NCBI GenBank assembly: GCA_003427395.1
Contig: BFEA01000001.1
Span: forward strand, 1,694,280 to 1,758,279
From: Chara braunii
Taxonomy: Eukaryota > Plantae > Charophyceae
DNA length: 64,000 nucleotides
Direction of reading: 5' to 3'
The position numbers and the translations under genes were made by a program. Under the pieces are notes generated by a model. That model was not told where the DNA came from and did not search any database. It was given only the letters and a program-made list of their open reading frames with translations. Below, piece by piece: positions 36,610-48,984 of this stretch (its first letter is position 1; every line of letters starts with the position of its first letter).

Positions 36610-36795
36610 CTCACCTCATGGAGGCGATAGAGATGATGGAGACTGTGGAGATGATGGAGATAATGATGGCGATGGAGATGGTGGCGGTGATGGAGAAGAT
36701 GGAGACGGTAGAGAGGTGAGACAATGTAGAAGATGGAGACAATGGAGACAATGGAGGCGATGATGGAGAGCACGGAGGAGACCATGGAGGCTTGA
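36610..36795. repeat. ATGGAG-based degenerate microsatellite
   Basis: Repeats of GATGGAGAC/GATGGAGAT. Confidence 0.8.
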
Positions 36796-37243
36796 TGGTT
36801 TATGAGGAGTTTTGATCGCCCATCGTCATTCTTTTGCGCTCTCTCTCTCTTTCTCCGTTTTAGATCTTGTGGATCGTTTACTTGCATTAACCACCCTTTA
36901 TGCCGCTACATATGTAGGAGCGTTAACCCATTTTCTCATCTGGTATAAATGTCGGGGGGCTTGCATCACAGCTACAGATATGGAGAACATATTCTTCAAT
37001 CTTTGAAGTGGTCTTCTCTGCGGCTTTGGTTTGAAGAACAAGAAGATAAAATTTAGAATTTTGTGGGGGGAAAAAAGAGCTCCGGGAGCAAGAGTGCATG
37101 GTAGTTAGAACGACTGGCTTTGTTTTTTTACAACATTACCCGTGCGTTTAAACCCTTTGGTTTAAGCGAAGATCTTTGTTTTTTCCTCTTATTTTCACAG
37201 CAATTTGCGACCTGACAGATTTGAATGTTTGATTGCTCTGCAG

Positions 37244-37322
37244 GCAAAAGCTCAACAAGAGAATTCCTGAAGAGAATGCGACACGAAAGGAGGTTCTGCA
37301 ACAGCTAAAGACTCTGGTTGCT
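37244..37322 (+). CDS. Host gene exon 2
   Basis: TTGCTCTGCAG|G CAA AAG...GTT GCT|GTATGT. Encodes QKLNKRIPEENATRKEVLQQLKTLVA. Confidence 0.65.
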
Positions 37323-37485
37323 GTATGTGACACCATATCTACATCGCCTCAGTCTCCCTCTCTCTCTCTCTCTCTGTGGCCCCACTCCCCCGCCCGCCCC
37401 CCCTCTCTCTCACATACTCTCTCCTTTTTTCCTGCCTTTTTTCCTGCTCTCTGCTTCTCTCCTCTTCTTCTCTGTCCTTCTCTCT

Positions 37486-37530
<45 letters not shown>

Positions 37531-38684
37531 TCTCACTCTCCTTCTTTCTCTCCTTCTCTCTCCTTCTCTCTCCTTCTCTCTTTCTGATATCACTTGTTTG
37601 TTGGTGATTCTGATATTTGTTTCAAAAATAAAAAAATGAACTCCAAGGAAAGGAAAGGGTGTGTACTGCACACTTGCAGTTCACGATATATGTTACGATC
37701 CTGGCCAATTTTGGAGTACACATTCATCAGAAAGTACAATACCGTCCAATTGCAAAAAGAAATGAATGAACTTGAGAGGAGAGGGAGGGAAGAAGAATTT
37801 GAATTTGAAAGAGCGAGGCCAATCGCTACACGTCCATGCCTCAGTGATAAACAGAACAGCACCTGCACGGACACTAAGCTCAACGGGCACATTCCCCGAC
37901 GCGTTTCGCCTGGCTGCGCACCAGGACTTCTCAAGGGGCATCCACTCTCCCGCATCCACCGTGGCGATCCTTCCCAGAGCAAAGAGGGCCGTTCTGGCCT
38001 TGCCCGCAGTCATATATCAGGCCCAGCCTCCGCGTCCGCACCCGCGGCCCACGAAGCTGCAACTGACTGGCGGGTGTCGACTAGACTCACTCGTAACTGA
38101 CCTGGCGTGCACGTAGACAAGCCCTTCCTTCCAACAACCTCACGTGTGCACCTCCACACGCGCCAAGTATTCAAATTTGCACGTGCACTGGCTGTTGGTA
38201 CGGGCTCCCCGTTGCGAAAAGGGCTCGTTAGCAGCTCTAGCTTCCTATATCTCAGGCCAGATTTATGCACTAGATTCATGCCAGTCTGAACCCTCCAGAC
38301 AACAAACCGGTTCCGACACTACTGGCCCCGGTGACGCTAGACTCGTCCTACTGCCTATTATCCTGCTACCATAGTATACACCCGGTACCGTGTGGCACCG
38401 GCCTACCTAGTTACTACCTCGTATTCCTTCCTCGTCTACCCCTGCCTCCTGTCTCTCCCCCCAGTACGCGTCAGCTACCAAACTGCACCTCCTTTTACAT
38501 CCCGGGCCCATCTTATCCTGCTATTAACCTACAGCCCGGTTTACCCTTTCTGGGGTCTCTTATCGTACTCTACTTGTACAACCCAGTCGTAACTGGGACC
38601 TACCGCCCCGTCTCTCGCCCAACCCTGCTCACTGGCTACACCTAGCTATCCACAATGTGGTACATGGCCGCTTCCCCATTCCCT

Positions 38685-40629
38685 CTACAGCCCCTTCCCT
38701 TTTAGCAACCGTTTAGTCTCACTGCTCTTCTGCTTCACCTCGAGGTGCTCGATCTTCAGTGCTCCAACCAGCTGTTCGGTCAGCACCTTCATCGCTGCCC
38801 CGAACGAACCGGTGGCTCTGGCGAATACCGTCAGAGCATTGGAGAAGAGCGCAGGGGGGTAGCTCAATGCTAATGGAGAGCGTCGCTGGGACCCTCGTTG
38901 CTGGATCACTAGCATGGTGCTTGATCCTATGTAGTGCAGCCACCACCGCACCGGCCTTCACTCGCTTATCAGAATATGAAGAGAAGTCTTGGAAACATCT
39001 GAAGACAAGGGGCTCCTCCAGCGTGGCTCCTTCATTTTTATGTCTGGGGCGAATGGTGAACGCGACCGGACCTGGTAAAGCTGCCGCCCTCATTCCCAGG
39101 AAATCCCAGGAGTTGTAGCCATCATCAGTTCGTATCAGCACCAGCTGCTTCCCATATGCCTCCGCAAATTCCTGATGGATAGCTTTCGCTGCCTCGATAC
39201 TCCGGCAGTCATACATGTCACATGCCACTGCTACTGTGACGTCATCAACCAATCTGACCCCGTGCACCAGCTTCTGATCCCCGTACACCAGCTTCTGATG
39301 AGCCCCCAGCGAGGTTATGAAGTCAACCTCCTGCTTCGCGCACATCACGCACGCTAGCGAGGGGCTGGAACTCTTCCCCATCGGTATCCCTACAGCCTGC
39401 TTAAGGATCTCTGTCCTGCACATGACGTACGTGTTGTCCAGTTCAAAGCTGACCATTCGCCGGATCTGGCTAAACTTGACAACCACATACCTTGGTCCAA
39501 GGCTCCTCTGGTTGAGAACCACAACCCGGCCTCGCCTACTAAGGCTCATCCTGGAAACACCTTTCACCTCCCACTGCTGCAGCAGCCAATCTACAGCTAG
39601 GGCTATCGCATGGTGTGGCAGCGACGTGAACATCTCCTTGATGTCAAAACTAGCCATCAGGGCCATCGATCTTTCTCCGAACAAACTGAGTTTCCGTCCA
39701 GCCATTTCCAGATTTTCTTTCAGCAACGCTGTAGCCTTGAGGTTGAAGTGCCTGGCTTTAGGTACTTTTTCAAGCAGGAAGTTGAGCGCGCGTGCTAGCC
39801 TTCTCCCTGCGGTCTTAGCACCTTCCGTACAAGCTGGCGCAATGGGCCTCCACCTCGTCAGGTCCTTATGCTTGGGCAGGACATACGCTTGTCCAATCTT
39901 GGCTGCCAGGTTCCAGGCCCCAATTGCGTCAAGGCCTAGTCTTCTGAACTCGGTCTTAATCTGCATCAGTACATCATTCTCAGACTTATCTGAAATCTTC
40001 TGGTAAGCAGCATTCTGGTTGAACATCAACTGGAGACCGTAGTGGTATGTGGAGGGACACATGACTACCATGTCCCCAGGATTCCTGTCCACTGGGACCA
40101 CCACCAAGTGGCTCATCGTTGCCGCTAGCTCGCGCACTTGCTTTTCTGAGCACGCCAGTCTCGTCTTTGCTCGTTCTGATATGCAATCCTGAAAACAGAG
40201 TTGGTCTATCATCTGGATCTGGTCTCTCTTCATAACCGCCTTCAAGGATCGCTCCACTGCCTGTTGCACCTCTGCCTGCCTGGCATCTCCTTCACTCTGC
40301 AGGATATTTTTCTCGTTATGCAGAAACGTGGGAACCATTGAACACTGCGCAATGCGTGCCAACACGTGCCCTTCTTCCCTCGGCAGTTGATCCTGACCAC
40401 AGGTACAGTGTCCACTCTCCATCTTTGCCACCATTCGATGGTTGGCGAGCACCTGCTCCACTGTCTTGTTCTTCTTCCACACAACTCTCACCCGGCGTCG
40501 TAACACCGTCTTCAAAACAGGGTGGATTCTGCTCTTGTCCACGCATAGTACCACCGTATCATGTAACTTCCTCTTCTTCAGCCGATGGCTATACTTCACC
40601 CCCACGTTAACCTTCATCCTGATATTCAC
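38685..40629 (-). pseudogene. PLE reverse transcriptase
   Basis: VPVDRN, YVLPKHKD..WRPI, FDIKEMFTSLPH, QAVGIPMGKSSSPSLA, RLVDDV and DFLGM. Frameshifted C-terminus (SYPP...) ends at 38685. Confidence 0.9.
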
Positions 40630-40729
40630 ACCGGTCTTCTTCTAAATCACTGCAGCAATTTTCTCTTTGAGGGCCCTTCTCGTAGACTTGGTCTCGAACT
40701 CCCTTGCACATCTGTATAAGAACACCAAC

Positions 40730-41581
40730 TTAGGTATGTAGTAACAGCCGCAGATATCCTTTACCTCGACACCTTACGCTCATGGTCTTAACAATCGGTG
40801 CCACTTCGAATGTGCCTCCTCTTTCTAGAAGCTGCTTGGACCTTCCCAGAGGATGCTTCCCTCCACCGCCGAAGACGGTCGACGTTCCGAACAGCCTCCG
40901 GATAACCGACCATTTCTCACCCCACACCTCGCCGCCGGATGACACAAACTTCAACTTCTTCGTTCCTGCTGCATAAGTTTCCTCTAACCGTTCAGCTAAG
41001 CTGAAATACCGCCTCTCCCTGCCCGCACGTAGGAAGGACAAGAGCCCTGTTCTCCCTACTGGCGCAGTTGTCCTTCCCTTCATCCTTTCTTTCTTACCGA
41101 GCCTAGCCTTGCGCTTCGCCCCAGCATTTCTACCGACCACGTTAAGTGCCGGCGAGAACCTACCGATGAGAGATTTCTCTAGCACCTGCAGTCCATCCCT
41201 GGCTCCCGTCGCTATAGGGAGGACTAGATACTTCTGCCATCCGAAGACTTTCAGAAAAGAATACAACTTGGGGGCATGTCCTTTGTTACCAGACTCAGTA
41301 CACCGGATATGTTCCCACCACCTTTCCCCCGCTCTGCGAATCATTTGCCCTATGTACATTCTCTTGCACCAGGGTGACAACAAGCAGTACACTGCGGGCC
41401 CTCTGAGGTCGAAAAAGTCATGACCTGCGGGGGTAACCATAAGCATTTTCTGAGCCCACGGGACCAAACCACTCACCACCAGCAGAAGGAAAATTGTGAT
41501 CAGCATTTGCTCAACACTAATCCTCAGATTCGTTAAGCCATATGTCCCCCAGACGGTTTCCCTGAGCCCCATATACAGCAC
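40730..41581 (-). pseudogene. GIY-YIG endonuclease region of the PLE
   Basis: PAVYCLLSPWCKRMYIGQMIRRAGERWWEH...LEKSLI...PALN contains the GIY/YIG strands and the conserved R, E and N residues. Confidence 0.88.
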
Positions 41582-41620
41582 GAGCTTGTCCCAGAGGTAC
41601 CGCGCCGGGGGGGTACACCG

Positions 41621-41857
41621 TCAAATAGCATGTGGCACTGTGTCAACTCCCGACAACCTATATTCCTTCTTACTCCCGTCGCCATCCGCTCCTGTGAGCC
41701 AACCATCGTACGCCACCCTTGCCTCAGCTGCCGCCAAGTCCTTGACCGCCTGATCCTTCGACACCCACTTGATATTCTTCGTCTTGCACATCTGTTTAAG
41801 TTCAGGGACATGCTTTCCTTGCAAACTCTCACGCATCTCAAGTACGAAATCAATCAC
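41621..41857 (-). pseudogene. SAP/HeH-like motif of the PLE, in frame with GIY-YIG across one TGA
   Basis: LQGKHVPELKQMCKTKNIKWVSKDQAVKDL fits the SAP pattern. Confidence 0.6.
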
Positions 41858-42049
41858 CCCTTGTTTGGAGCATGAGGCTACCGCTCCTTTCTTCCTTGCC
41901 TCAGCATTCCGGGCTTGTCCTTTCTTCCACGGTGGGAGCTTCCGGGTCGATCTTTTGTAGTATACTGTTGTCGTGCTCCAATCTTTTGAACTTTCGGGGG
42001 GGGAGGAGGAAGGCGCGCAGTGTGAGGAACGAGGTTCGAGGAGACGGGT

Positions 42050-42088
<39 letters not shown>

Positions 42089-43272
42089 GGGTTTGTCCTT
42101 TCTTCCGGCTTTGTCCTTTCATCCACGCCAGGAGCTTCGGGAGGAGGTTCGGGGAGGGAGAGGGGAGGTACGCAGTGGGAGGAAGGAGGCTCGGGGAGTG
42201 AGGGATGGAGACCAGTGGGTAGAGTCGGGAAAGATGGGGGGTTGGGATGGAGACTGGCGGGAAAGATAGGGGNNNNNNNNNNNNNNNNNNNNNNNNNNNN
42301 NNNNNNNNNNNNNNNNNNNNNNNNNNNNNNNNNNNNNNNNNNNNNNNNNNNNNNNNNNNNNNNNNNNNNNNNNNNNNNNNNNNNNNNNNNNNNNNNNNNN
42401 NNNNNNNNNNNNNNNNNNNNNNNNNNNNNNNNNNNNNNNNNNNNNNNNNNNNNNNNNNNNNNNNNNNNNNNNNNNNNNNNNNNNNNNNNNNNNNNNNNNN
42501 NNNNNNNNNNNNNNNNNNNNNNNNNNNNNNNNNNNNNNNNNNNNNNNNNNNNNNNNNNNNNNNNNNNNNNNNNNNNNNNNNNNNNNNNNNNNNNNNNNNN
42601 NNNNNNNNNNNNNNNNNNNNNNNNNNNNNNNNNNNNNNNNNNNNNNNNNNNNNNNNNNNNNNNNNNNNNNNNNNNNNNNNNNNNNNNNNNNNNNNNNNNN
42701 NNNNNNNNNNNNNNNNNNNNNNNNNNNNNNNNNNNNNNNNNNNNNNNNNNNNNNNNNNNNNNNNNNNNNNNNNNNNNNNNNNNNNNNNNNNNNNNNNNNN
42801 NNNNNNNNNNNNNNNNNNNNNNNNNNNNNNNNNNNNNNNNNNNNNNNNNNNNNNNNNNNNNNNNNNNNNNNNNNNNNNNNNNNNNNNNNNNNNNNNNNNN
42901 NNNNNNNNNNNNNNNNNNNNNNNNNNNNNNNNNNNNNNNNNNNNNNNNNNNNNNNNNNNNNNNNNNNNNNNNNNNNNNNNNNNNNNNNNNNNNNNNNNNN
43001 NNNNNNNNNNNNNNNNNNNNNNNNNNNNNNNNNNNNNNNNNNNNNNNNNNNNNNNNNNNNNNNNNNNNNNNNNNNNNNNNNNNNNNNNNNNNNNNNNNNN
43101 NNNNNNNNNNNNNNNNNNNNNNNNNNNNNNNNNNNNNNNNNNNNNNNNNNNNNNNNNNNNNNNNNNNNNNNNNNNNNNNNNNNNNNNNNNNNNNNNNNNN
43201 NNNNNNNNNNNNNNNNNNNNNNNNNNNNNNNNNNNNNNNNNNNNNNNNNNNNNNNNNNNNNNNNNNNNNNNN

Positions 43273-43339
<67 letters not shown>

Positions 43340-44164
43340 CTTTGTCCTTTCTTCCGGCTTTGTCCTTTCTTCGGGGATTTTTTTTTTTTTTTTTTTTTTC
43401 CGGACATCTTGGCCCTGCCAACACAGTCCGGACAGTCCAGTGTCCAGTGATGTCCGGAACACTGGACTGGTCCAGACACAGGTCCGGAAAACAGTCCGGA
43501 AGTGTCCGGGTCCACGGTTACCATGCCACTTTCTTTCTCGTAACAAAAATCTGAAAATTTCTGATAGTAGCATTTCATTTTATCGGAAATTTTCTGATAT
43601 TAGCATTTCGTTTTCACGCAACAAATATCTGAAAATTTCTGATAGTAGCATTTTGCAATAACCCATGCCATATGTCTCGTGGAACTGAGGGCCATCAGAA
43701 GGCCTACGTGGCCGCCATCAGCCAAGGCCAAATAAGGGCAGAAAAAGCCCTTTCACGATTTCAGGGCCTGGGCGTGCGGCACTTGACTTCGGTCAACTGT
43801 CGGACCACCCAACAGTCAAAGTCCAAAGGTACCTACCCCAGGCCGCAGGTCAAGCACACACAATTGTTTGTATGCAGGTACCCAGATAGCATCTGGTCCA
43901 AGGGAGAAGCCTGCAACTGTACAATCCGGGCCTTAAGATGTGAGTCAATCTGGACGACTGGAGGAAACGCCCCTGAGGCCAGACAGGCTCGACGACTGCT
44001 ACTTAAAGGCTGGCCTCAAGCAAGTCAAGCATTCAGTCTTGCTATGCTGCTTTGACGCTGGCTCGACTTTGGCGAGACGCTGGCTACATGCTAGTTGTGC
44101 ACAGGCGTTGCGGACGACAGCACAGGAAGGAGGCAGCATGCTGGTGCTCTCTCAATGTGTCAGG

Positions 44165-44485
44165 CAATGCTGATGTGGCGCTGCCTCTGGTGACATGGCG
44201 CTGCCTTTGGTCTACGTGGCATGCTGATGTGGCGCTGCCTCTGGTCTACGTGGCATGGTGACGAGGCGCTGCCTCTGGTATATGTGACGCTGCTCTTGGT
44301 CTACGTGGCATGTTGACGTGGTGCTGCCTTTGGTATATGTGACGCTGCCTCTGGTCTACATGGCATGCTGACGTGGCGCTGCCTCTGGTATATGTGGTGC
44401 TGCTCTTGGTCTACGTGGTGCTGCTATTGGTCTTCATTGATGATGTGGTGTATGCCACCTGTCTCGATTGCTGACGTGGCATTGT
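44165..44485. repeat. ~20-34-bp minisatellite
   Basis: Repeats of GGCGCTGCCTCTGGTCTACGTGGCATGCTGACGT. Confidence 0.85.
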
Positions 44486-44693
44486 CCACGCTGTCTACAT
44501 GAGGTGACTGGTTGCGAGGAAGAGGAAGATCGGGATCTGTGGATATAGGGAATCGGGTACTCACCTGTGATTGACGTTGTCATTGGAAATCTGCCGTTTC
44601 TTCAAAGTCTTCATGAGATAAAGTGCCACGTGGCACTATTGTATGTGACCAAGATTATCCCTACACTATTAAAATCCCTAAGCGGTGAAATCT

Positions 44694-44865
44694 CGCATCC
44701 GGGCTGTTCGGCCCGACGGTCCGGATGCGCGCGCGATCTTAAAGTTTTAAGACTTTAAGATTGCGCGTCGATCTGGGCCGTCGGGCGGCCCGACGGTCCA
44801 CATCGACGCGCGATCTCAAGATCGCGCGAACATCTGGGCCGTCGGAAGGCTCGACGGTCCGGATC
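44694..44865. repeat. Five back-to-back palindromes
   Basis: Examples: CGCGCGATCTTAAAG..CTTTAAGATTGCGCG, GGGCCGTCGGGCGGCCCGACGGTCC and CGCGCGATCTCAAGATCGCGCG. Confidence 0.8.
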
Positions 44866-46567
44866 GCCACGCGGCCCAGCAGGCAGCCCCAACGTTCTTG
44901 CCGATCAACGGCCCTGCCGAGCGACGGCGCTACCGACCTACCGATCTACAGGCCTGACGCTACGCTACTGACCTAACAGACACGTTACGCTAGACTATCG
45001 ACAATGGCCTACGCTACCGACCTGACGCTACGCTACCGACCTAGCACTACGCTATTGACCCTCTCTCTCTCTCTCCCTCCCTCTCTCTCTCTCTCCCCCT
45101 CCCTCTCTCTCTCTCCCTCCCTCNNNNNNNNNNNNNNNNNNNNNNNNNNNNNNNNNNNNNNNNNNNNNNNNNNNNNNNNNNNNNNNNNNNNNNNNNNNNN
45201 NNNNNNNNNNNNNNNNNNNNNNNNNNNNNNNNNNNNNNNNNNNNNNNNNNNNNNNNNNNNNNNNNNNNNNNNNNNNNNNNNNNNNNNNNNNNNNNNNNNN
45301 NNNNNNNNNNNNNNNNNNNNNNNNNNNNNNNNNNNNNNNNNNNNNNNNNNNNNNNNNNNNNNNNNNNNNNNNNNNNNNNNNNNNNNNNNNNNNNNNNNNN
45401 NNNNNNNNNNNNNNNNNNNNNNNNNNNNNNNNNNNNNNNNNNNNNNNNNNNNNNNNNNNNNNNNNNNNNNNNNNNNNNNNNNNNNNNNNNNNNNNNNNNN
45501 NNNNNNNNNNNNNNNNNNNNNNNNNNNNNNNNNNNNNNNNNNNNNNNNNNNNNNNNNNNNNNNNNNNNNNNNNNNNNNNNNNNNNNNNNNNNNNNNNNNN
45601 NNNNNNNNNNNNNNNNNNNNNNNNNNNNNNNNNNNNNNNNNNNNNNNNNNNNNNNNNNNNNNNNNNNNNNNNNNNNNNNNNNNNNNNNNNNNNNNNNNNN
45701 NNNNNNNNNNNNNNNNNNNNNNNNNNNNNNNNNNNNNNNNNNNNNNNNNNNNNNNNNNNNNNNNNNNNNNNNNNNNNNNNNNNNNNNNNNNNNNNNNNNN
45801 NNNNNNNNNNNNNNNNNNNNNNNNNNNNNNNNNNNNNNNNNNNNNNNNNNNNNNNNNNNNNNNNNNNNNNNNNNNNNNNNNNNNNNNNNNNNNNNNNNNN
45901 NNNNNNNNNNNNNNNNNNNNNNNNNNNNNNNNNNNNNNNNNNNNNNNNNNNNNNNNNNNNNNNNNNNNNNNNNNNNNNNNNNNNNNNNNNNNNNNNNNNN
46001 NNNNNNNNNNNNNNNNNNNNNNNNNNNNNNNNNNNNNNNNNNNNNNNNNNNNNNNNNNNNNNNNNNNNNNNNNNNNNNNNNNNNNNNNNNNNNNNNNNNN
46101 NNNNNNNNNNNNNNNNNNAAAAAAGGGGCGGGCAATGGGATGTCCAGCGGGATGGTGGATGTGCGGGCAGAGGAACGGAGCCCAGAGCGGAGGTGAGCTG
46201 AGGTGGAGGAGAAGTGGCGGAGGCCGAGCGGAAAGAGAGAGAGGATATGGCCAAAGGAGGTGGCCAGAGGAGGCGGACGGAAGGCGGACGGAGGCTGAGG
46301 GGAGATTGGCGATCCCAATGGCGGGAGGGAGGTGGGCAGAGGNGGACAGGAGGTCGGCGCTGGCCGAGGGGAGGCGGGCACGCACCATTTTTTTTCGTTT
46401 TTATTTTAAAAGGCGGGCATAGGGATGGCGGATGTGCGGGCAGCGGAACGGAGGCGGAGAGGAGATGGCGGGAGGTGAGTCCTTATCCATCAGTCACACA
46501 CACACACACACACACACACTAACTTTGGGCGATGTGGTGAGTCCTTATCAGTCAAATGCATCCTGGG

Positions 46568-46624
46568 CAGACTGTCGGGGTTCAACCTCCTGATGAGTCG
46601 GTGAAAGTTCGACGAAATAGTCTG
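46568..46624 (+). ncRNA. Type III hammerhead ribozyme
   Basis: CAGACT-GTC^GGGG(TTCAA)CCTC-CTGATGA-GTCG(GTGAAAGTT)CGAC-GAA-ATAGTCTG: intact core, three stems and a GUC cleavage triplet (after 46576). Confidence 0.9.
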
Positions 46625-46663
46625 GTACAATCATGCTCCTTTTCAGTGTATAGCGAATATGAC

Positions 46664-46724
<61 letters not shown>

Positions 46725-46727
<3 letters not shown>

Positions 46728-46944
46728 GGATAGGGAGGCGGAGGCAGAGAGGAGTTGGCGGGAGGAGATCACGGGAGGAGATGGTGGGAGGAGGCAGACG
46801 GGAGGTGGCGGAGGCGGGGGAGGAAAGAGAGAGGATCTGGCGGGGGGACGCAAAGGGGAGCTGGGCGGAGGCCGAGCTGAGGTGGGCAGAGGCCGAGCGG
46901 AGGTGGGCGGAGGCTGAATCCGGAGGCGGTGGCGCAGGCCGCTC

Positions 46945-46988
<44 letters not shown>

Positions 46989-47189
46989 GATAGAGAGGCG
47001 GAGGCGGAGAGGAGTTGGTGAGAGGAGATTGCGGGAGGAGATGACGGGAGGAGATGGCGGGAGGAGGCAGAGGGGAGGAGATGGAGGGGAGGTGGCGGAG
47101 GCGGGGGAGGAAAGAGAGGATCTGGCGGGGGGAGACAGAGGGGATGTGGGTGGAGGCCGAGCGGAGGTGGGCGGAGGCGCAGGCCGTGA

Positions 47190-47222
<33 letters not shown>

Positions 47223-47404
47223 GGGGATAGGGAGGCGGAGGTAGAGGCGGAGAGGAATTGGCGGGAGGAGATTGAGGGAGGAGATGGCGGAAGGAGGCGG
47301 ACGGGAGGTGGCGAAAGTGGGGGAGGAAAAGAGGATCTGGCGGGGGGAGGCAGAGGAGAGGTGGGTGGAGGCCGAGCGGAGGTGGGCGGAGGCCGAGGCC
47401 ACAA

Positions 47405-47436
<32 letters not shown>

Positions 47437-47448
47437 GCGCGGCCAGAT

Positions 47449-47486
<38 letters not shown>

Positions 47487-48090
47487 ACGGGTTAGGGAGG
47501 CGGAGGCGGAGGTGGAGAGGAATTGGCGGGAGGAGATGGCGGCAGGAGGTGGACGGGAGGAGGCGGAGGGAAGGTGGCGGAGGCGGGGGAGGAAAGAGAG
47601 GGTCTGGCGGGGGGAGGCAGAGGGGAGGTGGGCGGAGGAGGCCGAAGGTGGTGGCGCAGGCTGCGATCTCTCTCTCTCTCTCTCACACACACAGACAGGG
47701 GATAGGGAGGCGGAGGCAGAGGCGGAGAGGAATTGGCGGGGGGAGGNNNNNNNNNNNNNNNNNNNNNNNNNNNNNNNNNNNNNNNNNNNNNNNNNNNNNN
47801 NNNNNNNNNNNNNNNNNNNNNNNNNNNNNNNNNNNNNNNNNNNNNNNNNNNNNNNNNNNNNNNNNNNNNNNNNNNNNNNNNNNNCACACACACACAGGGG
47901 ATAGGGAGGCGGAGGCAGAGGCGGAGTGGAATTGGCGGGAGGAGATCACGGGAGGAGATCACGGAAGGATATGGCGGAAGGAGGCGAACGGGAGGAGGCG
48001 GAGGGGAGGTGGCGGAGGCGGGGGATGAAAGAGAGGATCTGGCGGGGGGAGGCAGAGGGGAGGTGGGCGGAGGCCGGAGGCGGTGGCGCA
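46725..48090. repeat. G-rich ~210-270-bp satellite punctuated by (CT)n(CA)n
   Basis: Units start GGGATAGGGAGGCGGAGG at ~46727, 46987, 47224, 47489, 47699 and 47898. Confidence 0.9.
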
Positions 48091-48984
48091 GTCCGACGAA
48101 TCTCAAACGCCACACCTGAGGTAAGACGACACCTTCCAAAAGAAGCCTAACATTCGGCAGGTGAGAAACCGCAGCATGAGGGCCGCAACGCCCTCTTTCT
48201 CCGTCACCCCCTCCCCTTGCCACAGCCCTCTTAATGCCATGCGACTTCTTTTGCTTTGTGAGCGAAGCCGCAACAGGTCATCTTGTTCTTATTATTATTG
48301 ATGATGTAGTGTGGAAAGAAGCCCGGAGAAGGAGAGGGATCTGAAGGGTTTTGTGTATTCTCTCTTCCTCTCCTTTGTCTATTCTCCCTCCACACTCTTC
48401 TCTTTTGGATAATGAGATACTGCTAGAGATATCACTTCACGACCTGGAGACTTTCAGACAAATATTGAAACTACTGTTGATTGACGACTTTTGAGTACCT
48501 AACAGACTGGGTTCATTGCAATTTCGTTTTATCTGAAAATTTCTCATATTAGCATTTCGGATATTAGCATTTCGTTTTAAATAGCCGAAAATTTCTGATG
48601 TTAGCATCTCACTTTTTGGGCATACAGGTTAATGAAGGAGGTTGTCATATTCTCGGAAACTGGATTTATTCTTTTCTGAAAATCGAATCTCCATTTTAGT
48701 TTCACTTTTTTTTTTTCTTTCTCAAGATCGAAATTTTCTTGAAAGCCAAAATTTTGTGCAGCCTGGCCTAGATCTTAGGGATATAGCACTCCTCCGTAAA
48801 TGCCTCACTGATATCAAATCGACATATTTTCAAAAAAAATAAAATAAAATAAGGGAGACGAGTCTCTTCTCTTATTTTATTTTATTTTTTTAGTCTGTTG
48901 ATTAGGACCGGGAGGAAAGTACAGTTTGGTTGGTTACCTTCCTACGTTTTCCCTACCGCCCAACCCTTTGCCTGCATTCCCGGA

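Larger units (their letters stand above)
38300..41960 (-). mobile_element. Penelope-like retroelement with N-terminal GIY-YIG (Chlamys-type architecture), mildly degenerate
   Basis: SAP-like, GIY-YIG and PLE-type RT domains in order on the minus strand, broken by a few stops and frameshifts. Boundaries are approximate. Confidence 0.85.

Noticed and set aside
41621-41623. Selenocysteine readthrough at an in-frame TGA of the PLE
   Set aside because: No SECIS was identified. CGA>TGA decay is simpler, and other disruptions exist in the same ORF.
41901-46422. Long 400-500 aa ORFs
   Set aside because: They are artefacts of N gaps and (CT)n repeats.
46548-48223. Pro/Ser- or Gly/Glu-rich ORFs
   Set aside because: They are translations of satellite DNA.
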